Source: Candidatus Pacearchaeota archaeon (GTDB lineage Archaea > Nanobdellota > Nanobdellia > Pacearchaeales > GW2011-AR1). From it: a stretch of DNA of 64,000 bases. Of this stretch, positions 48,989 to 58,576 are shown in pieces. The notes below the pieces were generated by a model. That model was not told the DNA's origin and did no database searches. It saw only the letters and a list, made by a program, of their open reading frames with translations. The stretch lies in assembly GCA_018304985.1 (NCBI GenBank), contig JAGVWP010000001.1:3913-67912 (forward strand), in the 5' to 3' direction. The position numbers and the translations under genes are program-made. Every line of letters starts with the position of its first letter. The first letter of the stretch is position 1.

Positions 48989-49396
48989 ATGACGAATGAA
49001 ATTATTATTGATGGCAAAAATGCAACAATGGGAAGATTAGCAAGCTATAGCGCTAAACAGGCTTTGCTTGGAAAGAAAGTTGCTATTGTAAATTCAGAGG
49101 AGGTTGTAATAATTGGAGATAAAAGAAATATTGCTGAAAAATATGCAAGATTAGTTAAAAAGGGCGGTAGCAGCCAGAAAGGGCCAAAAATAATAAGAAC
49201 CCCTGAAAGAATTTTGAAGAGAGTTATAAGAGGGATGTTGCCCCATGATAAAGGCAGAGGAGAGGAAGCATTAGACAGAATAAGATGCTATAATCAAATA
49301 CCTGAAGAGTATAAAGAAACTAAAAAAATTCATGCAGGCAAGGAGAAAAGAGGAAAGTTTATCACATTAAAAGAGCTTGTATCCCTAATAAAATAA
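48989..49396 (+). CDS. rpl13: 50S ribosomal protein L13
   Basis: IIDGKNATMGRLASYSAKQALLGKKVAIVN. Confidence 0.85.
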   Translation: MTNEIIIDGKNATMGRLASYSAKQALLGKKVAIVNSEEVVIIGDKRNIAEKYARLVKKGGSSQKGPKIIRTPERILKRVIRGMLPHDKGRGEEALDRIRCYNQIPEEYKETKKIHAGKEKRGKFITLKELVSLIK

Positions 49397-49575
49397 AAAA
49401 TAATTTAAAACAAAATCAAGATAAGAATATGAAGATGAGTAAATTAAACATAAAAAACCATGTAAAAGTATTGCAGTATTTTCAGAATAAAAGTTTAGCT
49501 AAACACACAATATCTTTACCTAATTTAAATGAGAAAGCTACTGATATTTTATGTAGTGTAAACTAAATAATAAAA

Positions 49576-49983
49576 ATGACAGAAAAATTAATTATTGTGA
49601 GTGGAAAAAGAAAAAGAAGCATAGCTAAAGCAATAATTTCTAGTGGAACTGGAAAAATAACTGTAAATAATATTCCATACCAAAATCTTTATCATATACA
49701 TAGATTAACAATTGAAGAGCCTATAAGAATTGCAAAAAAAACACTTAAAGATTTTAATTATGATATAAAAGTTAAAGCAAAAGGCGGCGGAAGAGAAGGG
49801 CAAATGGATGCTGCAAGGCTTGCAATTTCAAAAGCTCTTGTTGCTAAAACAAAATCTGAAACATTAAGAAAAGCTTTCTTAAAATATGACAAACATCTTC
49901 TTGTTGCAGATGTAAGAAGAAAAGAGGCTTATAAGCCTGGAGATTCTAAGGCAAGAGCAAAGAGACAGAAGAGTTATAGATAA
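49576..49983 (+). CDS. rps9: 30S ribosomal protein S9
   Basis: SGKRKRSIAKA...GGG..GQ..A.RLAI..AL...SYR C-terminus. Confidence 0.85.
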   Translation: MTEKLIIVSGKRKRSIAKAIISSGTGKITVNNIPYQNLYHIHRLTIEEPIRIAKKTLKDFNYDIKVKAKGGGREGQMDAARLAISKALVAKTKSETLRKAFLKYDKHLLVADVRRKEAYKPGDSKARAKRQKSYR

Positions 49984-50025
49984 TGATCATTTTCTAAGTT
50001 AATTATCTCGTGGCATGTTACCTCA

Positions 50026-50472
50026 TCAAATCCCCAACTTTCTCTTAATTAAACCCAAGTCTATTTGAATATCTCTAATTTCTTTTTCAGCTTTTCTATT
50101 GACAGCATAATCGTATTCTGCTCTTAATCTATCACGCTCAGCTTCTCTAACCTGGCTCATTAATATTATTGGCGCTTGAATTGCAGCAATGCATGACAAA
50201 ATAAGATTTAATAGAATAAATGGGTAAGGGTCAAATGGATTTTTATTAGTCTGTATTAAAAAATAAATATTTGTAGAAATCCATAATACTAAGAATAAAA
50301 CAAATAGCAGGATAAACGGCCAGCTTCCTGCAAACTTCGTCATCATATCTGATGTTTTTTGCGAGAAAGTTAAGTGTTTTCTGCTGAAAAGCCGGTTAAA
50401 ATGCTCTTGAGAAAGAATATTTTTGTTAATAGGATAAGATTTCAAACTGCCAAAATCGCTCTCTTTTTGCAT
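50026..50472 (-). CDS. DUF1003 family membrane protein
   Basis: FDPYPFILLNLILS...QAPIILMSQ..ERDR..AE.D..VN.KAE.EI. Confidence 0.6.
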   Translation of the reverse strand: MQKESDFGSLKSYPINKNILSQEHFNRLFSRKHLTFSQKTSDMMTKFAGSWPFILLFVLFLVLWISTNIYFLIQTNKNPFDPYPFILLNLILSCIAAIQAPIILMSQVREAERDRLRAEYDYAVNRKAEKEIRDIQIDLGLIKRKLGI

Positions 50473-50520
50473 ATAAAGACAACCAAGGTTTTCTTTATTA
50501 AACTTTCCTTTAACAAATAG
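50473..50520 (-). repeat. same repeat family, single unit upstream of the DUF1003 gene
   Basis: agacaaccaaggttttctttattaaactttccttt. Confidence 0.6.
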
Positions 50521-50533
50521 ATTGAATGTATAT

Positions 50534-51040
50534 TTAAGATTTGCTCCATTTGCATCCTATTTTATTTTGTATTGCAAATTGCTCTGCTTCCTGGATCTCT
50601 TTTCTGTATTTTGTGTTATCCTCTCCTTCAAATCTTGCAATACAATACCCTTCTCTAACCATTTTCACATTTATATTTTCTTCATTTAGAAAAATATACC
50701 TTAATAGCCTTTTATACTGGTCTTTATCCTCTTTTCCGCTTTCTAAAATAACTTCCTTTCCGAGCAACAACTCATCAATCCTATTTTTTGCAATAGTATA
50801 ACATTCTCTTCCACGCTCGTCACAATCAATTCCAAGCAATCTAACATTTTCTCCCCCACTAACAATAACTGTATCTCCATCAATTATTTTTGTTACAATT
50901 CGTTCTTCTGTTTTTATCTTTCCATCACCAATTTTTATAATATCTCCAAGGATGCCTGAATTAGCATAATTTAAAAATAAATAATCTATTGCCAAAAGTA
51001 ATAAGATTAATATCAGGATAAGAATTTTTCCTCTTTTCAT
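50534..51040 (-). CDS. secreted thermonuclease (staphylococcal-nuclease-like)
   Basis: Signal peptide, then IDGDTV...VRLLGIDCDE SNase motifs. Confidence 0.65.
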   Translation of the reverse strand: MKRGKILILILILLLLAIDYLFLNYANSGILGDIIKIGDGKIKTEERIVTKIIDGDTVIVSGGENVRLLGIDCDERGRECYTIAKNRIDELLLGKEVILESGKEDKDQYKRLLRYIFLNEENINVKMVREGYCIARFEGEDNTKYRKEIQEAEQFAIQNKIGCKWSKS

Positions 51041-51070
51041 ATTTATTATTAGGCAAATTAGTATAAAAGC

Positions 51071-52228
51071 CTAACGATTCTCCACGCCAATTGCTTCTGA
51101 AATATCCTTATATCCGTCGCGTTTTAATAATTTTGTCAGGTCTTGATTTATTTCAGATATTGTTTGAGGTCCTTCAAATACCATTCCCGTAATTAATTGA
51201 ATTAATGAAGCTCCTAGCTTGATTTTTTTATAAGCATCTTCTGCTGAAAAAACTCCCCCAACCCCAATTATTATAAATTTTCCTTTTGTTTTTTTGTAGA
51301 TATAAGAAATATTTTTATTTGCAAGCTCTTCAACAACCTTTCCGCTAATGCCTCCATTTTCTGGCAGATTTTCATCTAAGATTTTATTCTTAATATTAAG
51401 ATTTTCTCTGTCTTTTGTTAAATTAGTGCAGACAAAACCATTAATTTTATATTTTTCAGCTATCTTTATTATATCATCAAGCTGTTTTTCTGATAAATCT
51501 GGGGCTATTTTAAGAAAAATTGGTTTTTTTGAAGGTATTTTTCTAATTTTAGATAACAATAGATTGAGATTTTTAGCATTGTGAAATGGTTGTCCTCCGT
51601 AAGCATTTGGGCAGCTTAAATTAATTGTTGTGTAATCTCCAATTTCTGCAAATGCTTTGTAAGCTTTCACATAATCTTTAATTCCGGCTTCAGTAGATGC
51701 TGTCAATTTGGAATTTGTTTTTGCAACACTTATTCCAATTGGTATTTTACATTTCTTAATGTTAAATTTTTCTTTAAGCCTTTTCGCGACTGCTTCACAT
51801 CCTTCGCTTTTTAATCCATAGTAAACAACTAGAGCTTTTGATTTTTTCAGTCTCCAGAGTCTTGGCTTGGGATTTCCATCGCATCTCTCTCCAGTAACTG
51901 AGCCAACTTCTTCAAAACCAAATCCAGTGCTTGGAATGATATCAATTAAATATCCGTCTTTGTCAAAGCCTGCAGATAATCCTATTGGATTCTTGAATTT
52001 AATACTTAAAATTTTCTGCTCAAGAATTTTATTTGAATAAGAAAAACAAGCTCTTGTTGCAAGCCTTGTTATGGGATTTGAACCTAAAATTTTTCCCAGC
52101 CTTAAGGTATTATCATGAACTTTTTCAGGATCAATTTTAAAAAATATCTGCTTAATTATTCCTTTGTATATTCCTCTTATTCCCTTGTTTCTTAGATAAA
52201 TAATTGCTTCTTTCATTTTTCTTATCAA
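51071..52228 (-). CDS. pyrD: dihydroorotate dehydrogenase, class 2-like
   Basis: FKNPIGLSAGFDKDG...GFGFEEVGSVTGE...GNPKPRLWRL blocks. Confidence 0.75.
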   Translation of the reverse strand: MIRKMKEAIIYLRNKGIRGIYKGIIKQIFFKIDPEKVHDNTLRLGKILGSNPITRLATRACFSYSNKILEQKILSIKFKNPIGLSAGFDKDGYLIDIIPSTGFGFEEVGSVTGERCDGNPKPRLWRLKKSKALVVYYGLKSEGCEAVAKRLKEKFNIKKCKIPIGISVAKTNSKLTASTEAGIKDYVKAYKAFAEIGDYTTINLSCPNAYGGQPFHNAKNLNLLLSKIRKIPSKKPIFLKIAPDLSEKQLDDIIKIAEKYKINGFVCTNLTKDRENLNIKNKILDENLPENGGISGKVVEELANKNISYIYKKTKGKFIIIGVGGVFSAEDAYKKIKLGASLIQLITGMVFEGPQTISEINQDLTKLLKRDGYKDISEAIGVENR

Positions 52229-52298
52229 AATTAACAGGTTTTTAATGGTTTCTATAAAATTAGAGAATATTTAAATAGTAATAATCTTATAATAAAAT

Positions 52299-52661
52299 AT
52301 GGATAAAAACCGAATTGCTGGAATTTACTCGCTAGTGATTTCTATTATTGGAATGGTATTAAGTCTAGCTTATTTTCTTTATCTCATTCAGATTTATGGA
52401 GGAATAATTAACAAAGAGGGGGCTGGAGCAATATTTATATTAGTTATAATTCCTCTTTTTTTCATATCTTTATTATTGCTTTTTTCGTCTTTTGGAATTA
52501 TGAAAAATAAAATGTGGGGAAAAATTGTTTCTTTGATAATATATATTATTATAATACTCCCTTTTTCATTCTCTATTTTTAGTTTTACTTTTTGGGTTTT
52601 ATCTTTAATTAGTCTAATTGGAATAATTCTTATAATATTAAGTTTAAAGCAAAAGAAATAA
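52299..52661 (+). CDS. small membrane protein
   Basis: Hydrophobic ORF. Confidence 0.35.
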   Translation: MDKNRIAGIYSLVISIIGMVLSLAYFLYLIQIYGGIINKEGAGAIFILVIIPLFFISLLLLFSSFGIMKNKMWGKIVSLIIYIIIILPFSFSIFSFTFWVLSLISLIGIILIILSLKQKK

Positions 52662-52673
52662 ATTATTTTTATT

Positions 52674-53195
52674 ATGAAAAAAGAAATGAATGGATTTAAT
52701 CTTATTTTATTTATTCTTTTTATAGTTATTTTAATCATTTTAGCAATTATTTATGTGTTTTTTATTAATTTTAAACAGCAAACACCTGTTCAAACAGCTG
52801 AAAATATTAAACAGGTGTGTTTTAAACAGGTAGATTTACCAATAAATAAGTGTTTTAGTGTTGAGGTTGCGCAAACAGCTGTTGAAAGAGAAAAAGGTTT
52901 GATGTTTAGAGAAGAATTAGGCCAAGATAAAGGGATGTTATTTATATTTCCAAAGGCAGAAAAATATGGATTTTGGATGAAGAATACGCTTATTCCATTA
53001 GATATAATCTGGATTGATGAAAATAAAACAGTAGTTGATATTAAAAAAGATGTTCAGCCGTGCAGGGCAAATAATTCAGATAATTGTCCTGTTTATGTTC
53101 CTGATAAAGAAGCAATTTATGTATTGGAAATAAATTCTGGTTTATCTGAGGAGAATAATTTAAGTGTTGAAGATGAAGTTAATCTTATAAGTTGA
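52674..53195 (+). CDS. DUF192 (COG1430) family protein
   Basis: N-terminal TM, then REKGLMFR...GMLFIF...FWMKNTLIPLDIIWID. Confidence 0.6.
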   Translation: MKKEMNGFNLILFILFIVILIILAIIYVFFINFKQQTPVQTAENIKQVCFKQVDLPINKCFSVEVAQTAVEREKGLMFREELGQDKGMLFIFPKAEKYGFWMKNTLIPLDIIWIDENKTVVDIKKDVQPCRANNSDNCPVYVPDKEAIYVLEINSGLSEENNLSVEDEVNLIS

Positions 53196-53253
53196 AAATT
53201 ATAAACAGAAATGAATAAATTTAAAATTAATTAAAATAACTAATAAATTATGT

Positions 53254-53279
53254 TAAATTTCTCCCAAATGAGAAATTTA
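53254..53279. repeat. second copy of the aaatttctc/gagaaattt hairpin
   Basis: See 32681-32705. Confidence 0.7.
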
Positions 53280-53384
53280 GTATGATATGGATTCAAGATT
53301 CTGAAAATATTGCAATAACTTTACCTAATTTATAAGTTCAATTAGTAGGTATTAGATTAATTGTAAGTATCTTATTTATCAGAA

Positions 53385-54014
53385 TTAAATTCTTATTCCA
53401 AAAACTCTCAACCTTTCTAAAAGCTGAAGATAATTATGAAATAAAATATATTTCATGCCAACTTTCTTAGCAGGAATTAAATTCCAGTCTCTATCGTCTA
53501 TAAATAGACATTTTTCTGGATGAAGTTTTAATCTTTTGGCAGTTAATTTATATATTTCAGGATTTGGTTTCCTAATTCCTTCTTTTTGAGACCAAACAGC
53601 AGTATTTACTCGCTTGTTTAGTTTGAATTTTTCATAAGCTTCGTAAGACATTCTTGTCTGGTCTGATAAAATGGCTACTTTGTATTTATTTTTCCTTAAT
53701 TTTTTAACAAGCTTAAACATTTTTCTGTCTTTTTTAAAATGTTTTTTAAATGCTTTAACAAACCATTTGTCTAATCTGCTTCTGGAAATATGAAAATGCT
53801 TGGCAATTTGATTTAAATGATGTTCTGTTGTGAATTCTTCTTTAACCATATCCTCCCAATAAGGATTAATAGCATCAAACCACTCTTCAAAACCTATGTG
53901 TAGTTTTTTAGCCATATATTCATGAATTGATCTTCCGTGACCTTTTAATAAAACTCCGTTAACATCAAATATTATTGCTTTGATCTCGGTTTGTTTTTTT
54001 GCTTGTTTTTTCAT
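53385..54014 (-). CDS. HAD-superfamily hydrolase
   Basis: IIFDVNGVL motif I and C-terminal LFIDDRDWN motif. Confidence 0.6.
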   Translation of the reverse strand: MKKQAKKQTEIKAIIFDVNGVLLKGHGRSIHEYMAKKLHIGFEEWFDAINPYWEDMVKEEFTTEHHLNQIAKHFHISRSRLDKWFVKAFKKHFKKDRKMFKLVKKLRKNKYKVAILSDQTRMSYEAYEKFKLNKRVNTAVWSQKEGIRKPNPEIYKLTAKRLKLHPEKCLFIDDRDWNLIPAKKVGMKYILFHNYLQLLERLRVFGIRI

Positions 54015-54018
54015 GTTT

Positions 54019-54846
54019 TTATAATCTATCTAAAGGAGATTTGACTTTTTTAATTTGACTGCTTGAAATATGAGTATATAATTCGGTAGTAGAAATATTG
54101 GCATGACCGAGCATTTCTTGAATAATCCTTATATCTGTTCCACTTTCTAATAAGTGGGTTGCGAATGAATGTCTAAGAGTATGGGGAGTCACTTTTTTGT
54201 TTATTCCTGCTTTCAGCGCTGTTTTCTTAATTAAAAGTTGTATGTTTCTGGTTGTTAAAGGCTTGTCCTTTGAAAAAATGAATTTATTTTCGGGATTGCT
54301 AGTTATCTGTTTTTCCAGTTGCTTTGAAATTGAATCTGCTAATCTAAATATTCTATCTTTTTTCCCTTTTCCTCTCCTGACCCAACCAATACTTTGTTTA
54401 AAATCTAAGTCTTTAGGAGTAAGGTTAACTAGTTCTGAAACTCTTAAGCCAGAGCTGTAGAGAAGCTGGATTAAAAGTTTTGATTTTTTGAAATTGGCTG
54501 AATCTATTAAAGATCTAACTTCTTCAACAGAAAGCACTTCTGGAAGCTTTCTCTCCCTTTTTGGGACTTCTAACTTAACAAATATATCTGGCCTGTCAAG
54601 AACTCTTTTAAAAAAGAATCTTAAACTTGAGACAGCCAAAGCCCTAGATTTATTGCTATATCTGTCAATTAAACTAGCTAGATAGGATTTAACTTCATCA
54701 AGACTTGTTTTTTCAGCAGAGTCTATTTTTTCTAAAAATGGTCTGAGAAAGAAAATGTAAATGTTAATTGTATTTTTACTATAATCTCTTAATCTTAATT
54801 CAGTCTTCACTTTATCCAAGTATTTTTCTATTTCCTCTTTTTGCAT
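54019..54846 (-). CDS. xerA: tyrosine site-specific recombinase (XerA/XerC/XerD-like)
   Basis: C-terminal catalytic box LRHSFATHLLESGTDIRIIQEMLGHANISTTELYTH, plus R and K box residues. Confidence 0.8.
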   Translation of the reverse strand: MQKEEIEKYLDKVKTELRLRDYSKNTINIYIFFLRPFLEKIDSAEKTSLDEVKSYLASLIDRYSNKSRALAVSSLRFFFKRVLDRPDIFVKLEVPKRERKLPEVLSVEEVRSLIDSANFKKSKLLIQLLYSSGLRVSELVNLTPKDLDFKQSIGWVRRGKGKKDRIFRLADSISKQLEKQITSNPENKFIFSKDKPLTTRNIQLLIKKTALKAGINKKVTPHTLRHSFATHLLESGTDIRIIQEMLGHANISTTELYTHISSSQIKKVKSPLDRL

Positions 54847-54991
54847 AATTAATTATATTAAACGAAGTTTTTAAATACTTCTTTTAGTGCTGATTAGGCG
54901 AAGTTCTTACACATAAAAATGGTTTTTGGTATGGTTTTTTAAGAATTTTACTTATGCAGAAAGTTTTAAGCTTTGATAAGAAGTTCTATTG

Positions 54992-55378
54992 TCATAATCC
55001 ATGTGATTTATAAGACCCTGAAGCGGGATCTGAATATTTTCCCATCATATTTCTTGAATCTCTAGGTTGTTTAGCTACTTCTTTTTCAAGTTTTGATAAA
55101 ACCCATCTTAATTGATCATTTACATGAATTCCATATTGTTTTAGATCTCTAGAATGCTTTAAATCTCCGATAAAAATATAACCTTTAACTTCTTCTTTTC
55201 TCATGAGTAATCTAGGGGTTCTATCTAATTCAAAAAAAGGATTTCCTTCAGTATCATATTCACCTGTAAAAATCATAAAGGTTGTAATGTTAGGATTAAG
55301 ATACACTCCCCCTTTTTCCAATGGCTGGTTACGATTATCATTTACATTATAATTTGACATTATTCTTTTAAAAAACAC
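54992..55378 (-). CDS. hypothetical protein
   Basis: ORF. Confidence 0.35.
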   Translation of the reverse strand: MFFKRIMSNYNVNDNRNQPLEKGGVYLNPNITTFMIFTGEYDTEGNPFFELDRTPRLLMRKEEVKGYIFIGDLKHSRDLKQYGIHVNDQLRWVLSKLEKEVAKQPRDSRNMMGKYSDPASGSYKSHGL

Positions 55379-55829
55379 TTATTTTTAATCATTTCTATAC
55401 TATTTTCACTGGTTTTTTAGCATTTTACACATGCTAAAACTTCTTGCTTTTGATTAAAGGTTTTAGCTGAATAGACTAAGAGTTAAGAATTAAGAATTAA
55501 AAACTAAAGGATATTCTAAGTTAAACTACATATCAATAACTTGACCTAATACTTGCAATAATCCTATTAAAATAAGATAAATACCTATGGCATAGTTTAA
55601 GATTTTAGGCCAGATAAGAATGAGAATCCCCACTATAATTGCGAGCAGACCAGAAATTAAAACTATTGATATATACACCATTATCTTATTTATTTAATCA
55701 TATTAATATAAATACACTAGCAGTCACATAAATACAAATTATACTAATTGCTAAGTTTGTTATTTTAACAATTTATATTACTACATTACCAATCTGTGCT
55801 TTGGTATAGGTTAATATTATAGTTATGAC

Positions 55830-56060
55830 TTATTTTCTCTTATTGCCTAGTTTGTAATTTCTTGCTAGCTTGCCAATACCTATTGCTAAGACGCCAATTG
55901 CTATAAGCCATGCTAGATATCCTTCAGTAGCTGTACCTAACTGATTAACACCTATTAGCGGCAGTAGCAAAAGTACTCCCAAGATAGTTACCAGCCATGC
56001 TGTTAGTTTTGCCATTTTTCCTCTTTTTGTTTTTGTTTCCTTTTTAGTGAACCTAATCAT
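55830..56060 (-). CDS. small membrane protein
   Basis: ORF with two TM helices. Confidence 0.3.
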   Translation of the reverse strand: MIRFTKKETKTKRGKMAKLTAWLVTILGVLLLLPLIGVNQLGTATEGYLAWLIAIGVLAIGIGKLARNYKLGNKRK

Positions 56061-56261
56061 AGAAGATCATCTTTTCAGCCCATACTGAATAATGCTGATG
56101 ATATTAGTATCAGCGAGACAATCGATCTTTAACTAATGGCTCTGTTAGTTAATGCCGTCTTTAACTCTTTTTAGTTGAAAGGTAAAGGGTTTTTAGCTAT
56201 TTAAAGGTTTAGAAAATAAGGTTGAATATATGCTAAAACATGTTATCTTTGCTTAAATGTT

Positions 56262-56447
56262 TTAAGCAATATCTGGTAAATATGAATGTCTAATTTTGCT
56301 TAAAACTCCTAAATATCCCTGCGAAATTGGATCAAAATCTGGATCAAAATCTCCCCTATCTAATTCTTCTAGTGAAAGAGTTCTAGAAACTTTTTCTTCA
56401 AGTCTAATAACTTTAATTGTTGGATTAGACTTATAATAATCCGGCAT
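56262..56447 (-). CDS. hypothetical small protein
   Basis: ORF. Confidence 0.25.
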   Translation of the reverse strand: MPDYYKSNPTIKVIRLEEKVSRTLSLEELDRGDFDPDFDPISQGYLGVLSKIRHSYLPDIA

Positions 56448-56534
56448 AATATAAAATAGTAAATTTGGTTTTTAAATTAAATGGTTAGAAGTTATAGGGA
56501 TATTTTTAATAGGCAAAATAGGTTCTTTATAAAT

Positions 56535-57085
56535 GAAATATAGCTGTTTATCGGGATTTTTGCTATGGGATTTTTATCGACGTAGTTTAGGTGTTTATTG
56601 GTGTTTAAACAGCTGTTTATTGTAAAATTAGTGCTGTTTAAAGTGTTAAAATAGCTGTTTATGGGTGTTTTTTATAAGTTTTTATAGTATTTTTTGCTGA
56701 AAAAACAAAACATTTAAATACCTCTTCCGTATATAAATTATAGAATGTTTAACTGGCTATTTAATCATAAGAAAAAAGAGGAGATGGAAGAGGTAAAAAA
56801 GGAAGTAAGAGGCTCTTTTGATCATGTTAAATCTGATATTGAAAGAATTAGCAAGTGGGTTAACCATCTAAACAACCAGGATATTTCTTTAAACAGCTGT
56901 TTAGATGATGTTAAACAGGATATATCGACGATAAAAAATGATCTTGAACAGGTTAAAGAAGTTATTTCTATGTTAAATGATGAGGTATCTAAACAGGTGT
57001 TTAAAACAACTAAGCCTGTTTATCGTAAACAAACAGCTGTTGAAGGTGTCCAAACAGCTGTCCAAACAGCTGTCCAAACAGGCAA
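56535..57085. repeat. array of at least 9 copies of the palindromic motif AAACAGCTGTTTA / CTGTTTA spanning the promoter and 5' part of the downstream HTH gene
   Basis: Copies near 56541, 56608 (perfect taaacagctgttta), 56632, 56653, 56890 (perfect), 56993, 57015 and 57030. A 3 x 12-bp tandem gtccaaacagct lies at 57049-57084. Confidence 0.8.
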
Positions 57086-57380
57086 AAATAATGATTTTTT
57101 AGGAATCTCAAATTTATCTGTAACTGAAAAAGCAATTCTTTGGGTTTTAATAAATAATGAATTAAAATTAAGTTATGATGATTTAGCTGCAATGCTTGGA
57201 AAAACTAGATCAACAATAAGAGGTCAGATAAATAGTATAAAACAGAAAAGTGATGGATTAATTGAAGAATATGTTGAAAGTAATGGTAAAAAAAGGGTTT
57301 ATATTCCTAGTGAAATAAAGGAAAAAATACTAAAAAATGTGAAAGTGAGAATTGATAAGAAGATTAAAAGAAAGGGATAA
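56745..57380 (+). CDS. coiled-coil / C-terminal winged-HTH DNA-binding protein with a TAVQ low-complexity linker
   Basis: N-terminal heptad-like region, (TAVQ)3 repeat, and a C-terminal LSVTEKAILWVL...STIRGQINSIKQK HTH. Confidence 0.5.
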   Translation: MFNWLFNHKKKEEMEEVKKEVRGSFDHVKSDIERISKWVNHLNNQDISLNSCLDDVKQDISTIKNDLEQVKEVISMLNDEVSKQVFKTTKPVYRKQTAVEGVQTAVQTAVQTGKNNDFLGISNLSVTEKAILWVLINNELKLSYDDLAAMLGKTRSTIRGQINSIKQKSDGLIEEYVESNGKKRVYIPSEIKEKILKNVKVRIDKKIKRKG

Positions 57381-57832
57381 GGTAGTGGATAATAGATTAA
57401 TTAAAGTTGTATAAGGGGGGTTTGTAGGACCTAAAATAACTCTAAAAAACGAAAAGTGAGAGTTCAAATATCCTAAAAACCTAAGGAAAATAGGGAAAAA
57501 GGTAAGTAAATAGGCAAAACAAAAAATAAATAGGTAAAAGTGAGGATAAAAATACTAAAAAATTTTAATATTGATTAAATAAAAAATTCAGAATGTAGTA
57601 AAGTGAGAAGAGAATAAGAAAAAATAAAAATAACTTGGTAAAAATATATTAAAAAATAAAGGAAAATGAGAAAAATGTAGGGGGTAAAAAGAGAAAAAGG
57701 AGGTGTAAATGTAGGGGATAAATAATAAGTGAGATAAAATAAAGGAAAACATTAAAAAAAATAAACTGGGAAATTAGAAGGTTAGTAGACTTGTTCGGTA
57801 TACCCATTAACTAGAAGTTTATATTTATGAAT
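57381..57832 (+). other. 450-bp non-coding polypurine (A/G >85% on the + strand) spacer with short internal repeats
   Basis: No ORF on either strand. Motifs such as aaataggYaaaa, aaagtgag and gtagggg recur. Confidence 0.6.
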
Positions 57833-58510
57833 TTATATCTCTCTAAGCTTGATTAAAGTGTCTAAAGAGGCTAATTTTTTGAGATTTTGAGATATGTGGA
57901 GGAGAACTTTCTTGTTATTAATCTTTTCTTTCTCAAGGGAGATACCCTTGGCAATTATCCTTTGAATATAGTCTCTAATTGAGCTTTCAGAAAGATTTAG
58001 CTTGGAAGATAATAAGGGATAATCGACGAGAAAGCCCTGATCTTCAAGCTGGTAAATAAGAGAAAAAACAAGCATTTCCTGGTTAGTAAGATGTTTAAAT
58101 TGAATGATAGTCTCTTTTTTAAGAGCATCCAATTGGTCTAAAATTAGGGAAGTATTAGGTAAATAACCCTGTCTGTCTGTCTGTTGGTTTGTCTGTCTGT
58201 CTGTCGAAACCCCCTTATTTCCTATGGAATTTAAGGTATTTTGACTTTTTAAGCCTTGAAATTGGTATTTATCTGTCGAAGTGTCTGTCGAATTGCTGGA
58301 ATGTGTTGGATTTATCTGTCGAAGTGTCTGTCGGTTTGTCTGTTTGAAATTAGGGTTTTTTTCTAAAATATTTGAGTTAGTTTTAACAGAAAAAAGAACT
58401 AGAATTGAATTTTGGATTTCATCAAGTTCTTTATGAATACTTGAAATTTCCTGCTTAAGAAGAGTTATATCTTCTTTTACTTTTTGAAAAGCTTCTTTTA
58501 CCTGATCCAT
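57833..58510 (-). CDS. coiled-coil / C-terminal HTH protein, paralogue of 56745-57380, with (GTCT)n-encoded TDRQ low-complexity region
   Basis: Same architecture as 56745-57380; C-terminal LTNQEMLVFSLI...SSIRDYIQRIIAKG HTH; tetranucleotide tracts at 58170-58204. Confidence 0.5.
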   Translation of the reverse strand: MDQVKEAFQKVKEDITLLKQEISSIHKELDEIQNSILVLFSVKTNSNILEKNPNFKQTNRQTLRQINPTHSSNSTDTSTDKYQFQGLKSQNTLNSIGNKGVSTDRQTNQQTDRQGYLPNTSLILDQLDALKKETIIQFKHLTNQEMLVFSLIYQLEDQGFLVDYPLLSSKLNLSESSIRDYIQRIIAKGISLEKEKINNKKVLLHISQNLKKLASLDTLIKLREI

Positions 58511-58576
58511 GTTTTAGGAATTAACTAGAATTTTATAAAGATTTGTATTATTTCATCTTATGTATTCTAAAGAGTT

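Noticed and set aside
55525-55682. roughly 51-aa hydrophobic ORF on the - strand
   Set aside because: Plausible small membrane protein, but my coordinate and frame bookkeeping was inconsistent and there is no supporting motif. Left unannotated.
57381-57832. Possible CRISPR array in the repeat-rich purine tract
   Set aside because: There are no regularly spaced identical direct repeats of 24-40 bp with unique spacers. The repeats are short, degenerate and purine-only. No cas genes are nearby.
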